DNA of 64,000 nt from the NCBI GenBank assembly GCA_965232015.1, contig OZ246946.1:3564630-3628629 (forward strand). The letters are read 5' to 3'. The position numbers and the translations under genes are program-made. The number at the start of each line of letters is the position of its first letter. Within the stretch, counting starts at the first letter, position 1. This stretch comes from Vicinamibacteria bacterium (GTDB lineage Bacteria; Acidobacteriota; Vicinamibacteria; Marinacidobacterales; Marinacidobacteraceae). The notes beneath the pieces are model-generated. The model was given only the letters and a program-made list of their open reading frames with translations. It ran no database searches and was not told the DNA's origin. Shown one piece after another: positions 31,101 to 40,112 of this stretch.

Positions 31101-32624
31101 TCAGTCCTCCTCGAGCAGGCGGCCGCGCCACCGCTCGATCTGACGGGCGGCGGCGTCGCGGCCGCCGAGTCCGAAAGCCACCGCGAACGCGACCGAGATC
31201 GCGCCGAGCACGAGCCCGAACCCCAGCTCGATGATCTCGTTCGCGATTCCCATCTGTCGCAGCCCGATCGCGGTGGTGAACAGCAGGATCCCGACTCTCG
31301 CCGCGATCGAGACGAAGCGGGCGTGCGGGATGGTGCTCGCCGCGATGGCCCGCCCCGCGATGCCGGCGAGCCAGATCCCGAAACCGAGGAACACGACCCC
31401 GAGGAGGAACTGGCCCGAGAACTCGAGCAGGCGGGCCAGCAGCGAGGCGGCGTTGTCGAAGCCGACCAGGCTGGCGGCCTCCATGCTCGCGACCAGCATG
31501 ATGACGGCGAGCACGACGACCCGCACGATCCCCGACGCGGTCGTGTCGTCGTCGGTGACGTCGGTCGCCAGCCCCAGCCGGGTCAGCACGTGATCGAAGC
31601 CGGCCTGGTGGAGCACGTCCCGGACGACATCGGCCACGATCCGGCCGACGACGTAGGCGGTCAGCAGGAGCGCCGCGGCCACCACCACGAGCGGCAGCGC
31701 CCCGAGAACCCGGCCGAGCACCTGACTCGCGGGCCCGGTGATCACGTCCAGCCGCAGGCGGTCGAGACCGGTGAGGATCACCGGGAACAGGACCAGCAGA
31801 TAGGCGACGACTCCGACGAGCGACGAGAGACGGCGGGAGCCCAGATAGCGCGATGCTCCGAACCGTTCGGCGGCGCGGTCGAGGCCCATCGAGGCGAGGA
31901 GGTTCGCCACCACGGCGCGGGCGACGCGCGCCACCAGCCATCCGACGGCGAAGATGACGAGCGCGCCGAAAACGTCCGGGAGGAACCGGATCACGTCTTC
32001 CACCAGCGCCTCGACCGGGAACAGCACCCCCTGGAGGTTCAGCGCCGCGAGGATCTGCGGCAGGAAGAGCAGGAGCACGACCCAGTACACCGTCTCCGGG
32101 ATCACGCGGCTGAGTTGCGCCGGAGCGCGGTCCCGTTCGCGCTCCTCGCCGGAGGCGATGGCGGCGACTTCGAGGGCCACCCGAACCGCGCGCCGGAGCA
32201 CCGCGGCGAGGAACCACGCCACCAGCAGCAGGACCAGGGCGCGACCCACCTGGATGGTGAGCGCCATGAGCTGCGCCAGCAGGGTTCCCGAGGCGCCGCC
32301 CACCCTCGAGAAGTCCACCAGCGAGGCGAATCCGGCGACGACCAGGATCAGGAGCCCCCAGAACAGGATGCGTCGGCCGATCGCATCCACATCGGTCCGG
32401 GCCGCCCGCTCCGGACCGAGAACCAGTCGGACGCCGTTCCCGATCCGGGACGCGGCGCGCGCTTCGAGGCCGAGTCGGGCGAGCGTCCGCCGCAGCAGGA
32501 TCACCACGGCGAGCGCGAAGGTGAACGCCGCGATGACCACGCCGAGCGTGATCACCAGTTGACCGACGCTGGAGTCGAAAACCGGAGGGAGGCGTCCGAT
32601 CAGGTCGGACAGGGCGGAGAGCAT
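31101..32624 (-). CDS. CmpX/MscS-related multi-TM protein with repeated TM_helix units
   Basis: Repeated hydrophobic units (FLPDVFGALVIFAVGWLVA); AFGLGGRDAA terminus. Confidence 0.8.
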   Translation of the reverse strand: MLSALSDLIGRLPPVFDSSVGQLVITLGVVIAAFTFALAVVILLRRTLARLGLEARAASRIGNGVRLVLGPERAARTDVDAIGRRILFWGLLILVVAGFASLVDFSRVGGASGTLLAQLMALTIQVGRALVLLLVAWFLAAVLRRAVRVALEVAAIASGEERERDRAPAQLSRVIPETVYWVVLLLFLPQILAALNLQGVLFPVEALVEDVIRFLPDVFGALVIFAVGWLVARVARAVVANLLASMGLDRAAERFGASRYLGSRRLSSLVGVVAYLLVLFPVILTGLDRLRLDVITGPASQVLGRVLGALPLVVVAAALLLTAYVVGRIVADVVRDVLHQAGFDHVLTRLGLATDVTDDDTTASGIVRVVVLAVIMLVASMEAASLVGFDNAASLLARLLEFSGQFLLGVVFLGFGIWLAGIAGRAIAASTIPHARFVSIAARVGILLFTTAIGLRQMGIANEIIELGFGLVLGAISVAFAVAFGLGGRDAAARQIERWRGRLLEED

Positions 32625-32680
32625 GGCTGCCGATGGTAGCCGTCCCGTCGCCGGTGCGAACCGGCGAACCGGACGCCATT

Positions 32681-32921
32681 CAGCCTGTGGATAAAGTCGC
32701 GTGAGCACCGAGAGTGGCGAGGCGCCCGGCTGACCCGGTTCTCCCGGTAGGGGCGGCGCGCGAGGGAGGAATACCGGGTGTATTCCGCCGATGCGCAACG
32801 AAGAGCGCCCCGGAGCGAAGCGGAGGGGCGCGCCAGTTCTCCCGGTGGGGGCCAGGCGGGATGCATCGCCGCTCGAGCCCCTACCGGGAGAACCGGGCCG
32901 CGTGACTTTGTCCACAGGCTG
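32681..32921. mobile_element. MITE-like element, 241 bp
   Basis: TIRs CAGCCTGTGGATAAAGTCGCG / CGTGACTTTGTCCACAGGCTG; internal IR CCGGTTCTCCCGGTAGGGG; partial inverted copy at 60540-60712. Confidence 0.75.
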
Positions 32922-33009
32922 AATTGGGCCGATGGTAAATTCGAACGACTTGCGGGAGGCGCGTCAGGCGAATCCCGGTCCTCTTCCCCATCGAAGGAGC
33001 CGAACGCCG

Positions 33010-34314
33010 ATGCGACGCCGGAGCTTTCTCGCCGCGGCGGCCGGCGCCTCCGCCGGCGCCCTGGTCCACACCCGGTTCGGTCCGGAAGCGTTCCGCGTCC
33101 TCGAAGCGGCGGGACGCCAGGCCGGCTCCCGCAGCCCGGAGGAACTCGCCCGCGACGAGGGGTACTGGGCCGAGGTCCAGAACGCCTTCAGCGTTTCGCG
33201 CTCCATCATCAATCTCAACAACGGCGGCGTGTGCCCCTCCCCCCGGATGGTCACCGAAGCCTTCGTGCGCTACACGTGGCAGCAGGAAGAAGCGCCGGTG
33301 TACACGATGTGGCAGATCCTCGAGCCGCAGAAGGAACACGTGCGCCAGCGGCTCGCCGGACTGTTCGGCTGCGACGCGGAGGAAGTGGCGCTCGTCCGCA
33401 ACACGTCGGAGGCGATGGAGATCCTGCTCCTCGGCCTCGACCTCCAGTCGGGCGACGAGGTCCTGACCACGACCCAGGATTACGGCCGGATGCTCACGAC
33501 CCTGCGGCAGCGGGTCCGGCGCGAGGGGATCGAGATGAAGTTCATCCAGATCCCCACCCCGGCGGAGACCGACGAGGAGATCGTGGAGGGATTCCGGGCC
33601 GCGATCACGGACCGCACCCGCATCATCCTGATGTCCCACCAGATCAACCTCACCGGCCAGATCCTGCCGGTCAAGGCGGTTTGCGACATGGCCCGCGAGC
33701 GCGGCGTGGAAGTCATGGTGGACGGCGCCCATTCGTTCGCCCAGTTCGACTTCCGGCACGAGGACATCGGCTGCGACTACTTCGGCACCAGCCTTCACAA
33801 GTGGCTCCTCGCCCCCAAGGGGACCGGGATGCTGTTCGTGAAGAAGGAGAAGATTCCGCAGATCTGGCCGCTCATGCCGGCGCCGGAGCGCATGGACGAC
33901 GACATCCGCAAGTTCGAGGAGATCGGAACCCACCCGGCGGCCAACTTCGTCGCCTGCGGCGAGGCGATCACCTTCCACGACACGGTGGGGGCCAAGCGGA
34001 AGGAGGCCCGGCTCCGCTACCTCAAGGACACCTGGGCCGAGCGCTTGATGTCTCTCCCTGGCGCCGAACTCCACACCTCGCTGGACCCGAAGATGAGCTG
34101 CGCCATCGGCAACATCAACCTGACTTCGGTGGACCCGGCCGCCTTCCGCGACTATCTGTGGGACCGGCACCACATCATCGTCGTCTCGATCATGCACGAC
34201 GAATTCCAGGGCCTCAGGATCACCCCGAACCTCTATACCACGATGGAAGAGCTCGACTACTTCTGCAACGTGTTCGAGGACATCGCCCGGGGCGGCCTCC
34301 CGAAGTCCGCCTGA
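33010..34314 (+). CDS. Tat-exported class V PLP-dependent enzyme (isopenicillin-N epimerase/cysteine desulfurase-like)
   Basis: MRRRSFLAAA Tat motif; LNNGG, VDGAHS, TSLHKW (PLP Lys). Confidence 0.88.
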   Translation: MRRRSFLAAAAGASAGALVHTRFGPEAFRVLEAAGRQAGSRSPEELARDEGYWAEVQNAFSVSRSIINLNNGGVCPSPRMVTEAFVRYTWQQEEAPVYTMWQILEPQKEHVRQRLAGLFGCDAEEVALVRNTSEAMEILLLGLDLQSGDEVLTTTQDYGRMLTTLRQRVRREGIEMKFIQIPTPAETDEEIVEGFRAAITDRTRIILMSHQINLTGQILPVKAVCDMARERGVEVMVDGAHSFAQFDFRHEDIGCDYFGTSLHKWLLAPKGTGMLFVKKEKIPQIWPLMPAPERMDDDIRKFEEIGTHPAANFVACGEAITFHDTVGAKRKEARLRYLKDTWAERLMSLPGAELHTSLDPKMSCAIGNINLTSVDPAAFRDYLWDRHHIIVVSIMHDEFQGLRITPNLYTTMEELDYFCNVFEDIARGGLPKSA

Positions 34315-34351
34315 CCCGGGAGCGCCCGCGGCCCCCGCGACCCGCCCTCTG

Positions 34352-35815
34352 ATGGATGGCGCGAAGTCACCGCCGACGTTCCGGCGCTACGGCTTCGACG
34401 CCACCTTCTACGACGAGATGTTCGAGGCGGAAGGAAAGCCGCGGGAGCACTGCGCCGATTTCCACGCCACGCTGAGCACGATCGCGCCGGAAGAACTCCA
34501 GCGGATCCAGGAGCGGGTGACGCGCTCGTTCCTGCACGAGGGCATCACGTTCACGGTGTACGGGGACGAGCGGACGATCGAGCGGGTCTTCCCGATCGAC
34601 TGCATTCCGCGCATCGTCCGGGGCGACGAGTGGGACCGGGTCGCGCGCGGGCTCGAGCAGCGTATCCGGGCGCTCAACCTCTTCCTCCACGACATCTACC
34701 ACCGGGGGCTGATCCTGCGCGACGGCGTGGTTCCGGCGGACATGATCTACGGGAGCAAGCACTACCGCATCGAAATGCGGGGGCTGCCGGTTCCGCACGA
34801 CGCCTACGTCTCGATCTGCGGCAGCGATCTGGTGCGGACCCACGACGGCTTCGCGGTGCTCGAGGACAACCTGCGGGTGCCCTCCGGCGTCAGCTACATG
34901 CTCGCCTGCCGGGATGCGATCAAGCGGAGCATGCCGCGCCGCTACCGGCGGTCGAGAGTGCGGGACGTGGAGCAATACAGCCGGTTGCTGTTCGGGATGC
35001 TGGCGTCGCTGGCTCCGGCGCCGGTGACCGATCCGACGATCGTCCTGCTCACCCCCGGGGTGTACAACTCGGCCTACTACGAACACGCCTTCCTCGCCCG
35101 TCAGATGGGAATCGAGCTCGTCGAGGGTCGGGACCTGCTGGTGCACAACGAACGCGTGTTCATGCGGACGACCGACGGACTGCGCCGGGTGGACGTGATC
35201 TACCGCCGGATTGACGACGATTTCATTGATCCGCTCACCTTCCGACCCGATTCGGTGCTCGGCGTGCCGGGCCTGTTCCACGCCTTCCGAGCCGGGCGGG
35301 TCGTCATCGCGAACGTTCCGGGTACCGGGGTCGCCGACGACAAGGGGGTGTACGCCTACGTCCCCAACATGATCCGCTACTACCTCGACGAGGAGCCGCT
35401 GCTCGACAACGTCCCCACGCACCTGTGTCGCGAGCCCGAGGGCCTCCAGTACACGCTGGACAACCTCGACAAGCTCGTCGTCAAGATGGTGGGCGAGTCC
35501 GGCGGTTACGGGATGCTCGTCGGGCCTCATGCCACCCGCGCCGAGCGCGCCGAGTTCGCCGAGGCGCTGAAGGCGGACCCGGCGAACTACATCTCGCAGC
35601 CCACCCTGGCGCTGTCACGGGCGCCGTGTCTCGTCGGCTCCCACATCGAGCCCCGCCATGTGGATCTGCGTCCGTTCATCCTGACCGGGGAGCGCACCGA
35701 CATCGTCCCGGGCGGGCTCTGCCGGGTCGCGCTCAAGAAGGGGAGCCTGGTGGTGAACTCGTCCCAGGGAGGCGGCTCCAAGGACGCCTGGATCGTGGAC
35801 GCCGGGAGCGACTGA
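34352..35815 (+). CDS. Circularly permuted type 2 ATP-grasp protein
   Basis: LEDNLRVPSGVSYML, NSAYYEH, GESGGYGM, RHVDLRPF, VVNSSQGGGSKD. Confidence 0.93.
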   Translation: MDGAKSPPTFRRYGFDATFYDEMFEAEGKPREHCADFHATLSTIAPEELQRIQERVTRSFLHEGITFTVYGDERTIERVFPIDCIPRIVRGDEWDRVARGLEQRIRALNLFLHDIYHRGLILRDGVVPADMIYGSKHYRIEMRGLPVPHDAYVSICGSDLVRTHDGFAVLEDNLRVPSGVSYMLACRDAIKRSMPRRYRRSRVRDVEQYSRLLFGMLASLAPAPVTDPTIVLLTPGVYNSAYYEHAFLARQMGIELVEGRDLLVHNERVFMRTTDGLRRVDVIYRRIDDDFIDPLTFRPDSVLGVPGLFHAFRAGRVVIANVPGTGVADDKGVYAYVPNMIRYYLDEEPLLDNVPTHLCREPEGLQYTLDNLDKLVVKMVGESGGYGMLVGPHATRAERAEFAEALKADPANYISQPTLALSRAPCLVGSHIEPRHVDLRPFILTGERTDIVPGGLCRVALKKGSLVVNSSQGGGSKDAWIVDAGSD

Positions 35816-35821
35816 CCCGCC

Positions 35822-36796
35822 ATGCTCGCCCGCGTCGCCGACAACCTGTACTGGATGAGCCGGCACCTCGAGCGCGCCGACCAGACGGCGCGCCTGCTCG
35901 ATGTCCAGGTCGGGTCGCTCGCCGACCACCCGGCCGCCGCGGTGGCGGGGGGATGGCGTCGCCTCTTCCGCGCGCTCCACGTCACTCCGCCCGGCCGGCT
36001 CGAGTTCTTCGCCGACACCGCGGACGAGGACTTCCTGCTCGCCGACGCCTACGCCCTCGCCGACTTCATGACCTTCGAGCCGGACAACCCCGGTTCGGTG
36101 CGGTCGTTGTGGGCCAGCGCGCGCGAGAACGCCCGCCAGGCGCGCCAGGAGATCAGCTCCGAGATGTGGGCCCGGATGAACCGGGCCTACCTCAAGCTGC
36201 GCGACACCGAAATGCACTCCTTCTGGAACGCCGAGCCGCAGAACTTCTACCGGGACACTTCAGCGAACGTCTCCCTGTTTCGTGGAATCACCGACAACAG
36301 CCTGCGCCACGGTCAGGCCTGGGACTTCATTCGTCTCGGGCGGTTCATCGAGCGGATCCAGATCACCGCCGAGATCCTCGAGGCGCACCGTCCCGCGCTC
36401 GGGAGTGAGGGCGACACGCTCGACTGGAGCCTGCTGCTTCGGGGCTGCGCCAGCTTCGAGCCCTACTGCAAGCGCCACACGGCGCTCATCGAGCCGACGC
36501 GGGTCATGGAGTTTCTGCTGTTCGAGCCGCGCTCCCCGCACTCGCTCCGGTTCGCCGCCGAGATGCTCCGATCCGGCCTCCGCCGCGTGGACCCGATCGG
36601 AGGGGGCCGCCATCCGCTCGCGCCGCCGCATCGCCTCGTCGGGCGGCTACGCTCGATCCTCGCCTACAGCTCCGGCCGCGAGGACCTCTTCGAACGAACG
36701 CTCGCGCAGGTGCGGGCCATCGCCTCTTCGCTCCACGACGAGGTCAACAACCGCTACATGTTCTATTCCGCCGATCAGGCGATCCGGATGGGCTAG
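35822..36796 (+). CDS. Alpha-E domain protein
   Basis: MLARVADNLYWMSRHLERA, ARENA, LGRFIER. Confidence 0.92.
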   Translation: MLARVADNLYWMSRHLERADQTARLLDVQVGSLADHPAAAVAGGWRRLFRALHVTPPGRLEFFADTADEDFLLADAYALADFMTFEPDNPGSVRSLWASARENARQARQEISSEMWARMNRAYLKLRDTEMHSFWNAEPQNFYRDTSANVSLFRGITDNSLRHGQAWDFIRLGRFIERIQITAEILEAHRPALGSEGDTLDWSLLLRGCASFEPYCKRHTALIEPTRVMEFLLFEPRSPHSLRFAAEMLRSGLRRVDPIGGGRHPLAPPHRLVGRLRSILAYSSGREDLFERTLAQVRAIASSLHDEVNNRYMFYSADQAIRMG

Positions 36797-36852
36797 GTGT
36801 CGCCGAAATTCCCGCGCGCTCCCGGTTCGCCGGCGCCGGGGAGGGTCTGCCG

Positions 36853-37761
36853 ATGAACGTCACCGGAGCCCGCTACGAGGTCGAGCACATCACCCGGTTC
36901 GTCTATTCGGAGCCGGTTGGCGAGGCGGTCCTGACGCTCTACCTGCAGCCGATGCGCGACGAGACCCAGCATCTCGAGTCCTTCTCGCTGAAGACGCGGC
37001 CGGCGGCGGAGCTGTCTTTCTTCCGGGATCCGTTCGGCAACGCGGCCAGCTTCTTCGACATCCCCGGAGAGCACTCCGAACTCCTCGTCACCGCGCGCTC
37101 GCGAGTCGTCCTCCAGCCCCCGGCGCTCCCCGGCGGGCCCGGCCCGTCGTGGGACGAGCTCCGGGCCATCGAGTCCACCGGGATGTGGCACTGGCTGTTT
37201 CCCACGCCGCTGACGACCCCGACCCCGGCGCTCGCGGATTTCCTCGCGACGCACCGCATCGAGCCCGGCGAGACCCCGCTGGCGACGATCCAGCAGGTGA
37301 ACTCGAGCCTCCACGAGGCTCTCCCGTTCACTCCCGGCGCGACCGGAGTGGACTCGCCCATAGACGATGCCCTCGAACGGGGCGGCGGCGTCTGTCAGGA
37401 TCTGACCCACATCATGGTGACGATCCTGCGGGAGTGGGGCATCCCGGCCCGCTACGTCTCGGGCTACCTGTTCCCCCGGGCGGGCGCCACCGAGCGGCGG
37501 ATGGCCAAGGCCGGGCACGCCTGGCTGGAATGCTTCCTGCCCGGGATGGGATGGCTCCCCGCCGACCCCACGAACAACACGGTGGCCGGGGACCGTCACA
37601 TCCGGGTGGCCCGCGGCCGCGATTATCGGGATGTGCCGCCGACGCGCGGCACGTTCCGGGGCGTGGCGCGGCAGAATCTCGACGTGACCGTTAACATCAT
37701 CTCGCTCGACTTCGAGGACGAGACCACCCGTGGCGCCTTCCCGGCTGGCGTCAGGGTCTGA
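36853..37761 (+). CDS. Transglutaminase family protein
   Basis: GVCQDLTH, ARYVSGYL, HAWLE, DPTN, GRDYRDVPP. Confidence 0.93.
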   Translation: MNVTGARYEVEHITRFVYSEPVGEAVLTLYLQPMRDETQHLESFSLKTRPAAELSFFRDPFGNAASFFDIPGEHSELLVTARSRVVLQPPALPGGPGPSWDELRAIESTGMWHWLFPTPLTTPTPALADFLATHRIEPGETPLATIQQVNSSLHEALPFTPGATGVDSPIDDALERGGGVCQDLTHIMVTILREWGIPARYVSGYLFPRAGATERRMAKAGHAWLECFLPGMGWLPADPTNNTVAGDRHIRVARGRDYRDVPPTRGTFRGVARQNLDVTVNIISLDFEDETTRGAFPAGVRV

Positions 37762-37785
37762 CGCGATTCCGGGAGCGGAGGCAGT

Positions 37786-38250
37786 ATGGCACCGAAGGCT
37801 GCTGGAGGGGTCAGCCTCGTCCGCGACGTCGCCGCCGATGTTCAGACGCTCAGCCACCTCATCAAGGAGGTGGAGGCGTTCGCGGCAGCGAGCGGCGTGG
37901 CGTCGAACGCGGCCCAGCGCGTGAGTCTCGCGATCGACGAGCTGGTCACGAACATCATCTCCTACGCCTCGCTTGACGGCATCCCGGTGCCGGTCCACCT
38001 GGAAGTCCACTGCGATACCAGCGAGGTGCGCGTCGTCATCGAGCACACCGGGGTAGCATTCGACCCCTTCGTCGAGGCGCCGGTTCCGGACACCAGCCTG
38101 CCGCTTGCGGATCGTCCGATCGGCGGGCTCGGCGTGTTTCTCGTACGATCGCTCATGTCCGACACGCGCTACGAGCGCGTGGGGGACCGAAACCGCGTTA
38201 TTCTCACCCGCACCCTGGACGGGGAGGGTCAGCAGGAGCAACCTTCATGA
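37786..38250 (+). CDS. RsbW-like anti-sigma factor / Ser kinase (HATPase_c_2)
   Basis: LAIDELVTNIISYA, FDP, RPIGGLGVFLVR. Confidence 0.88.
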   Translation: MAPKAAGGVSLVRDVAADVQTLSHLIKEVEAFAAASGVASNAAQRVSLAIDELVTNIISYASLDGIPVPVHLEVHCDTSEVRVVIEHTGVAFDPFVEAPVPDTSLPLADRPIGGLGVFLVRSLMSDTRYERVGDRNRVILTRTLDGEGQQEQPS

Positions 38251-38585
38251 ATGTCACCGAAGCGACCAAGGACGGCGTCCTGGTTCTCTCTCCCGCCGGT
38301 CGCATCGATACCCGCACCGCCAGCGACTTCGAGCAGGCGGTGATCGCCCGGGCGACCGGCCCCGACGCCGCGACCCGAATCGTGATGAACTTCGAGGGGG
38401 TGGACTACATCAACAGCACCGGGATGCGGGTCCTCCTGATCCTGGCCAAGACGCTGTCCAGGGCCTCGGGGAAACTGGTGCTGTGCTCGATGAAGGAGCA
38501 CATCTTCGAGGTGTTCAAGATCAGCGGGTTCAACCAGATCCTCACGATCACGCTGACCGAGGAGGAGGCGCTCGCCCGGTTCTGA
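38247..38585 (+). CDS. STAS anti-sigma factor antagonist
   Basis: GRID, VDYINSTGMRVL, EVFKISGF. Confidence 0.9.
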   Translation: MNVTEATKDGVLVLSPAGRIDTRTASDFEQAVIARATGPDAATRIVMNFEGVDYINSTGMRVLLILAKTLSRASGKLVLCSMKEHIFEVFKISGFNQILTITLTEEEALARF

Positions 38586-38724
38586 CCGAGCGCCGGACTC
38601 CGCCGGTTCTCCCGGTGGCCTCCGCATGACGCTCGTCATCGTATTAGGGGCCCGGCGCGGGCGACGCACTCCCGTCCGGCGCCCCGAATGGCCTACCAGT
38701 TGGCCTACCGGAGGGCCAGCGCCC

Positions 38725-38976
38725 CTACGAGGGCCGAATGGTCCTCCCGGCAGGGGCAGGGCCGCCGTCCTTCAACCGGACCCCCCGCGCCCGGAACCCT
38801 CCCGGGATCGGCAGGAGCTCGAACTCCACCGCCTGTCCTTCGACGAGGAAGCCGTTCGGCACCTCGAGCAGCGCGCGTGCGGGGACATGGACATCCGGCC
38901 CTTCGTGGCGCTGGATGAATCCCTCGCCGCGGCGACGGTCGTACCACTTCACCACCCCTTGGGTCAGGCTGGGCAT
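38725..38976 (-). CDS. Cold-shock domain protein (divergent RNP motifs)
   Basis: GVVKWYDRRRGEGFI...DVHV...LVEGQAVEFEL...ARGVR; GGAGG RBS. Confidence 0.75.
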   Translation of the reverse strand: MPSLTQGVVKWYDRRRGEGFIQRHEGPDVHVPARALLEVPNGFLVEGQAVEFELLPIPGGFRARGVRLKDGGPAPAGRTIRPS

Positions 38977-38993
38977 CGTTTTCCCTCCGGGGA

Positions 38994-40001
38994 TCAGGTC
39001 CCGCTCGCCGGGGATCCGGCGTTCCAGTCGGTGTGGGGCGCCCGGTTGCGCACGAACCACTGCCAGAGCAGGCGTCCGTAGCTCGTCGGACGCACCCCGA
39101 TCTCGTCGAAGAACGGGCGCAGCAGGGTGTGCAGCGCCCGCAGGTTGTAGAACGGGACCCGGGGAAAGTAGTGGTGTTCGAGGTGGTACGCGGACCACAG
39201 GAACGCCACGTCCCGGACTTTCGACGGGCGCAGGACGCTCCCCCAGCGCGCCGGATCCCCGGGCGCGATGTCGTAGTGCTGTCCCAGCCGGTTCACGGTG
39301 AAAGCGACGGGGAACACCACGAACAGCGGGATCAGCCAGACCCGCAGCATGGCGCCCGGGCCGCCGGTCCAGATGAGGAGTCCCGCGATGGCGGCGTGGC
39401 CGATCAGCGTCAGCCTCCTCTCGAGAGCGATCCGGCGGCGGACGAAGTCGGGATAGCGGGCCGCCTCCCGCCGCGCCGCGCGGAAGTAGATCGGGATCAG
39501 ACAGGGCGTCAGGTAGAGCGCCTTGTACCAGCGGGCGTTGCGCTTCGGCGTCAGCCAGTGCCGCTTGGGGTCCGCTTCGGCGTCCCCGAGCTGGGCGTGG
39601 TGTTCGAGGTGCCACCGGGTGAACTGCGTCGCCGAGATCCCGCTGGGGAAGGCGTAGAGGTGGCGCAACACCCCATAGGCGCGATGGCGGCCGGTGGGGA
39701 AGACCGCGGCGTGGACGACCTCGTGGAGCATCACGGTGAAGTTGAACGCCGTCAGGCCGACCACCGCGGATGCCGGGACCCACACCCACCATGCCCCGCC
39801 CGGGAACGCCAGGGCGCCGGCCCCGAACAGCAGCGCCAACTGCCAGGTGAGGACGAGAAAGTGCATTCCGGCCCGGCGGCGGTGCAGGCGGCGGAGTGCG
39901 TCTTTCGGGACGGCGGCCTCGAGCCGGGCGCGGAGATCCCGCGTGTGATCCATCCAGTAGGACCGCGCCCGCTTGCCCGCGCCAGTTCCCCGTGAATCCA
40001 C
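38994..40001 (-). CDS. Fatty acid desaturase family protein
   Basis: His boxes HEVVH, HLEHH, HLEHH; GTG 40001 with GAGGAG RBS. Confidence 0.88.
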   Translation of the reverse strand: MDSRGTGAGKRARSYWMDHTRDLRARLEAAVPKDALRRLHRRRAGMHFLVLTWQLALLFGAGALAFPGGAWWVWVPASAVVGLTAFNFTVMLHEVVHAAVFPTGRHRAYGVLRHLYAFPSGISATQFTRWHLEHHAQLGDAEADPKRHWLTPKRNARWYKALYLTPCLIPIYFRAARREAARYPDFVRRRIALERRLTLIGHAAIAGLLIWTGGPGAMLRVWLIPLFVVFPVAFTVNRLGQHYDIAPGDPARWGSVLRPSKVRDVAFLWSAYHLEHHYFPRVPFYNLRALHTLLRPFFDEIGVRPTSYGRLLWQWFVRNRAPHTDWNAGSPASGT

Positions 40002-40112
40002 CGGCTCCTCCCCGCGATCTCCCCGGATGACCCGAAACCTCGAACTACGATAGCAGCCCGTGGCCCCGCTTCCGACTGCATTCCCGGCCACCGGTCCGGC
40101 GGGTTCCACCGG

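Noticed and set aside
38725-39792. 355-aa desaturase-CSP fusion
   Set aside because: The CSP has its own RBS and ATG at 38976; the upstream part is an alternative frame of the desaturase, which stops at 38994.
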